Below are positions 60,079 through 64,000 of a stretch of DNA of 64,000 nt, in pieces. The position numbers and the translations under genes were made by a program. The notes beneath the pieces are model-generated. The model worked only from the letters and a program-made list of their open reading frames with translations. It was not told the origin of the DNA and searched no databases. Position 1 is the first letter of the stretch. Every line of letters starts with the position of its first letter. The DNA comes from Callorhinchus milii. Lineage: Eukaryota. The DNA is taken from positions 77,502,001-77,566,000 of the forward strand of contig NW_024704742.1 of NCBI RefSeq assembly GCF_018977255.1. The letters run 5' to 3'.

Positions 60079-63064
60079 GGAAGTACGATTCTTCGCATTG
60101 TCTTGGCTGACAAATTCTTAGTGGCACAGCAGTGCTTCTTTCCTAAAGCCACAAATGGGAAAATAAAACCTGAGATGTGTATAGATTCAGAGTAGGAGGA
60201 CAAGAGAGTGCTCTAATCCAAGCTTTGTTGTTGTTTTTAGAATAAAACAATAATTCACTCTTTAAAACAGAGTGAATCAATAAAATTACTTTTTAAATAA
60301 AATTACTGACAGTAAGAATCAATCCCTCTTTAAAAAAAGGATTGTTTTTTACTGTCTGTCAGTAATATTATTGGTGCTTCAATAAAATTACAGTCTGAGC
60401 TAGTTTTCTTTTCCACTCCACCCCACCACACCTACCACCCCTACCTAAAGCATGTTCGACCAAGCAAACATGTCAAGTCTTTTATTTTAAGCAAGGCTCA
60501 CTTATTTTATGGAAATACAGTGCCTGTGTTTCACTGGCGGGAGGGGCAGGAGGGGGTAGGGAAATAATTATAGCTCCATTGATTTCAGTGGCTTTGCAAT
60601 CTGTCTTGCAGTTTCTCTTCGAAAATTTCATTGTTAGTGAAGGTTTGATCTTGGCAAGCACCAGAGTATAGCATCCTGCAGTTGGTGAGAGACGGAGAGA
60701 CTTAACTGGAGGCAAAGCTGAGGGTAGCTGTGACAGCAGGAACTGAAAAGAGGCTGATTATAGGGATTATTGCTGGAAGCATGCTACACCCTCAGAGCAA
60801 CAGGCACAGTTAGTGCCAACTGCAAGAGTGCCTCAGGAGTGCAGGCAGGTTCACAGTAGAATTTTCAACGAACTCGGATTTCCAACCAACACTGCAAGGC
60901 CTTTTCGATTTGCAAAATAGGTACAAAACCTCTTTGCTACATTATTTTTGTCAAATCCATACTTAGATTTGTGACAATTTTTAAAGATTTTTTCTTTTTA
61001 TAAACCAGTAATCATTGTATCTGATATAGCACCTTTCAAGTTGAGAGGATGTCTCAAAGTGCTTCATAGGATTTACTGTAAAGGGTAATGACTTTGTATT
61101 TTGAGGGCAAGTTGAATTATGAGTGCTGCAAATAGACAACTTTCGATGTCTGTTATCAGAATGAAATACCTTTCCCCCTCCCTCCTCACCACCTCCCTCC
61201 CCTCACGATTCTCACAAGAAGTCTCCATACAGATGAGAAGCCCTTGTTTCGTGAAGTATCCGTTTCTGACTCCAGACATCTTTGAAGCCTTTCATAGTGA
61301 GATCTCCATTTCTGATCCAATGGCCTTTTTATACATAAAAAGGAGTAAGCTACAGGGATATGTGGAAATGACAGGTAAATGGGACTTAAATGATTGCTCT
61401 TAAAAGGGACAGCATGGACAAAATGGGCTGAATGCCCTTTTGTGCTGTAAATTTCTATGACTCTCGGAGGCTGCATTAGTGGATGCACCTCCATGCCATA
61501 GACTTGTAGACCCTTAAGAAAGTTGCCTACGTTTATTTCATTTCAGATCCTGATAGTCAAAAACAAAGGGGGCATCTATTAGATGCTAAAAACAAATTAT
61601 TTGATGCTGTTAAAAATCAGCTTGATGCTGTGATGGGGGGATGATAGGATGAATATTCTGGAAGGGTGAGTTCAGATGGGCCAATGGTCTTCATCATCCA
61701 AACCAATCTTTTGATCTTAAGAATAGGATAGTCCATTACAAAGAAGTACATAAAAGATTGCTCTCTTTATCGGCATTTGATTGCCACCCAAAGACTTTCA
61801 TCTCATTAGCCTGAGTTGAACTGAAACCTATAACACAGAGTGATGAGACAGCATCTGCATTAGTACTTACAAGTGAGATATCTAACCATGGAGATATCTA
61901 ACTTGAGATATTTCTTAACACATTTGATGTGTTAATTTAACGCATCAAATATTTTGAATATCACATTTTTTGTGCAACACTCTTACAATTGATTTTCCAA
62001 TTAACCCCTCATGGCTCACACTGGCTTGCTGTAGGGCAAAATGAATGTTCAGTGATACGCTTGCCTACATCTGAATTCTTACTGTGTTCCAAGGCACCTG
62101 GGCAAAATAGTGGAGAGATGACATTTTTGAACTTTTTGTCTATCTCCCCTCCTCTCTCATAAATGTTGGGTTGAGACATGTAAAACTTTCCACTGTGTTC
62201 TCACACTACTTTCTAGCTGTTGCCTGCTGGACGCTGTTACACTGTTACACTGTGCCAACCACCTCATTAACATCCAACATGCATATTAATTGGGAACAAG
62301 GGTGTGATTGAATGAAGTTGCTATGAGTCTCTTTTGAAATCAAATTGGAAACGGGGGAAAAAAAAATTACCAACTTTCCAAAATCTCACCTTTCCGGTTC
62401 CAGAACCCCTAGCAATCTTCTCCAGGATCTCTTTGGTTCTTCAATTCAGTGTTGAAATCAAATCTATCCCTTACTTAAAGTTGTCAGTTGTTTGCAGGCC
62501 AAGAAAACGGGCAGGCAGCCTGCCAAAAGGGCTTTGATAATGGCATTTGGTCACCAGCACTAAGAGATTCATGGTAGTGGCTGCAACAACATAGCCATTG
62601 AAACAGCATCTCCCCCTGTGTGACTAATATGAATAACTGGGGCACTGCTGTCCGCAATTGGCTGCCGTGTTTCGCCCATAAATATACAGTCAATTCACTT
62701 TACTGAATATTCTGTGAAGCGCTTTGAGGCGTCTAGAAGACATGAAAAGAGCTATATCAAATGCAAGGATTATTATTATTATATAACAGTAGAATCAAGA
62801 ATGCCTTGGGTTAGGGTTGAAGACTTGAAGACTGTCAATGTCATTCTGTTTGGACGGTAGTTCACCAGAAGGCTAGTGGTTAGCACAGCATGCACACTAG
62901 GACTGCTGAGTTTGTTACCTCTAATAGTAGAGCAGTCTGATTTGCGGTTGTCCTCAATGGGATTTCTTAATAAGGAAAGCTGAGTCACACAAGTGAGCAC
63001 TTCTTCTGGATGTATAGTCATGCCAACCCTAGGAAACTCTGGTCCCATGCAACCTATTTCTAGA

Positions 63065-63405
63065 GATTATGCTGACATTCCAATCCAGTGCTGGGTGGGG
63101 TGGTGGTGGGGAGGGGGTGCTGCATCGTTGGATGCGACATTAAACCGAGGACCCAGTTGCCTGTTCAGATGGATGTTAAAGATCCCATGGCACTGTTCGA
63201 AAAGAGAATGGAGTGTCTTCCAGTGCCTTGGTCAACAATCACCCAAATAAAATTGGTCATTCATTCCACGGCTATCTGTGCGGCATTGTTATGTGCAAAT
63301 TGGCACCTACATTTGCACTCAACACACAATTGCCTTTGAGACGTCTTGATGCCATAGAAAAGTGCTATATAAAATGCAAGGTTTATTATTCTTATTATTA
63401 TTACT
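63065..63405 (+). mobile_element. Deu-domain SINE
   Basis: cattaaaccgagg...atggatgttaaagatcccatggcact. Confidence 0.8.
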
Positions 63406-63406
63406 A

Positions 63407-63605
63407 AATTGGCAACCTCGTCAGGAAAGGGAAAAAGTTTCATAGGTGCAGTCAGATCTTGTGACTGAGGCACATTGTCAGGGATGAAATAAATCTACCT
63501 ATTCCACAGACCTGCATTATGCTGACACTGGCAGTAAATGAAAAGTGTTACATTGTTCTGCACTAACATTTCTCAGCTTCGTGAGCAGAGAATTCTCCAA
63601 AAAAG
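63407..63605 (+). mobile_element. LF-SINE-like 3' fragment
   Basis: aattggcaacctc...tgaggcacattg...gctgacactgg resembles the LF-SINE 3' half (from memory). Confidence 0.45.
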
Positions 63606-64000
63606 GTTCTAAAATAAGTAGTTAAGAAAAGCTAGAAAATAACTAGCAAAATCATTGCATTTGATATAACGCCTTATGATGTCAGTGAAATGACTTAAAG
63701 TATTTCACAGAATTTTACTGTGAAGTGTAGTGACTGTGTGCTATGTAGATGAACACGGTAGCAATTTTGCACCTCAGACAATGCAGTGCCTCTTTATCAG
63801 GAAGGGGATTATCTTCCTGGGGTAGCGGTTGGGGAGGGTGGGGTTGGGGTGGGGGGGATTCTTCTTGAGGCTGAGCTGGCTTTGCAATGGAATTTCAGAT
63901 TCTAGTTGACCCTTTGTGGTGGTCAAGGTAGACTATGTCTTGAGCCAGGCAGGTCCACTATACTCCAAGGCACTGCTGATGACTCACCAGCCATCCCTAA

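Larger units (their letters stand above)
62330..64000 (-). mobile_element. Fragmented copy of the same ERV-like family, broken by SINEs, runs off the window end
   Basis: 63880-64000 aligns to 12910-13025 (ggcactgctgatgac) with synonymous changes in VISSALEY. Short exact matches cagagtttcct and gagatcctgga link 63030 and 62425 to 12435 and 11030. Confidence 0.5.

Noticed and set aside
40500..61000. Scattered AG...GT exon-like segments (44852-44935, 45194, 53250, 57261, 60780-60920)
   Set aside because: No consistent phase chain and no recognisable protein.

Overview
Vertebrate genomic DNA, very repeat-rich (L2 and CR1 LINEs, tRNA-derived SINEs, Deu-type SINEs). The repeat landscape points to a cartilaginous fish, probably a holocephalan such as elephant shark (inference). 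I could not identify an intact host protein-coding gene. The main result is that the non-repeat DNA between the transposons from about 31.2 kb down to at least 2.2 kb, translated on the minus strand across stops and frameshifts, gives collinear fragments of paramyxovirus-like N, M, F, HN and L genes in the canonical 3'-N-(P)-M-F-HN-L-5' order. This reads as a near genome-length, heavily decayed endogenous paramyxovirus-like element perforated by dozens of later transposon insertions. The window also holds six fragments of a decayed retrovirus/LTR-like pol family, a Penelope-type insertion with a degenerate hammerhead ribozyme core and a 12-bp target-site duplication, two promoter-like islands (20.3 kb and 36.4 kb) and several hairpins and duplications. 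All protein similarities are manual translations compared by eye with remembered measles, Sendai, NDV and PIV sequences. No search was run and boundaries are approximate.
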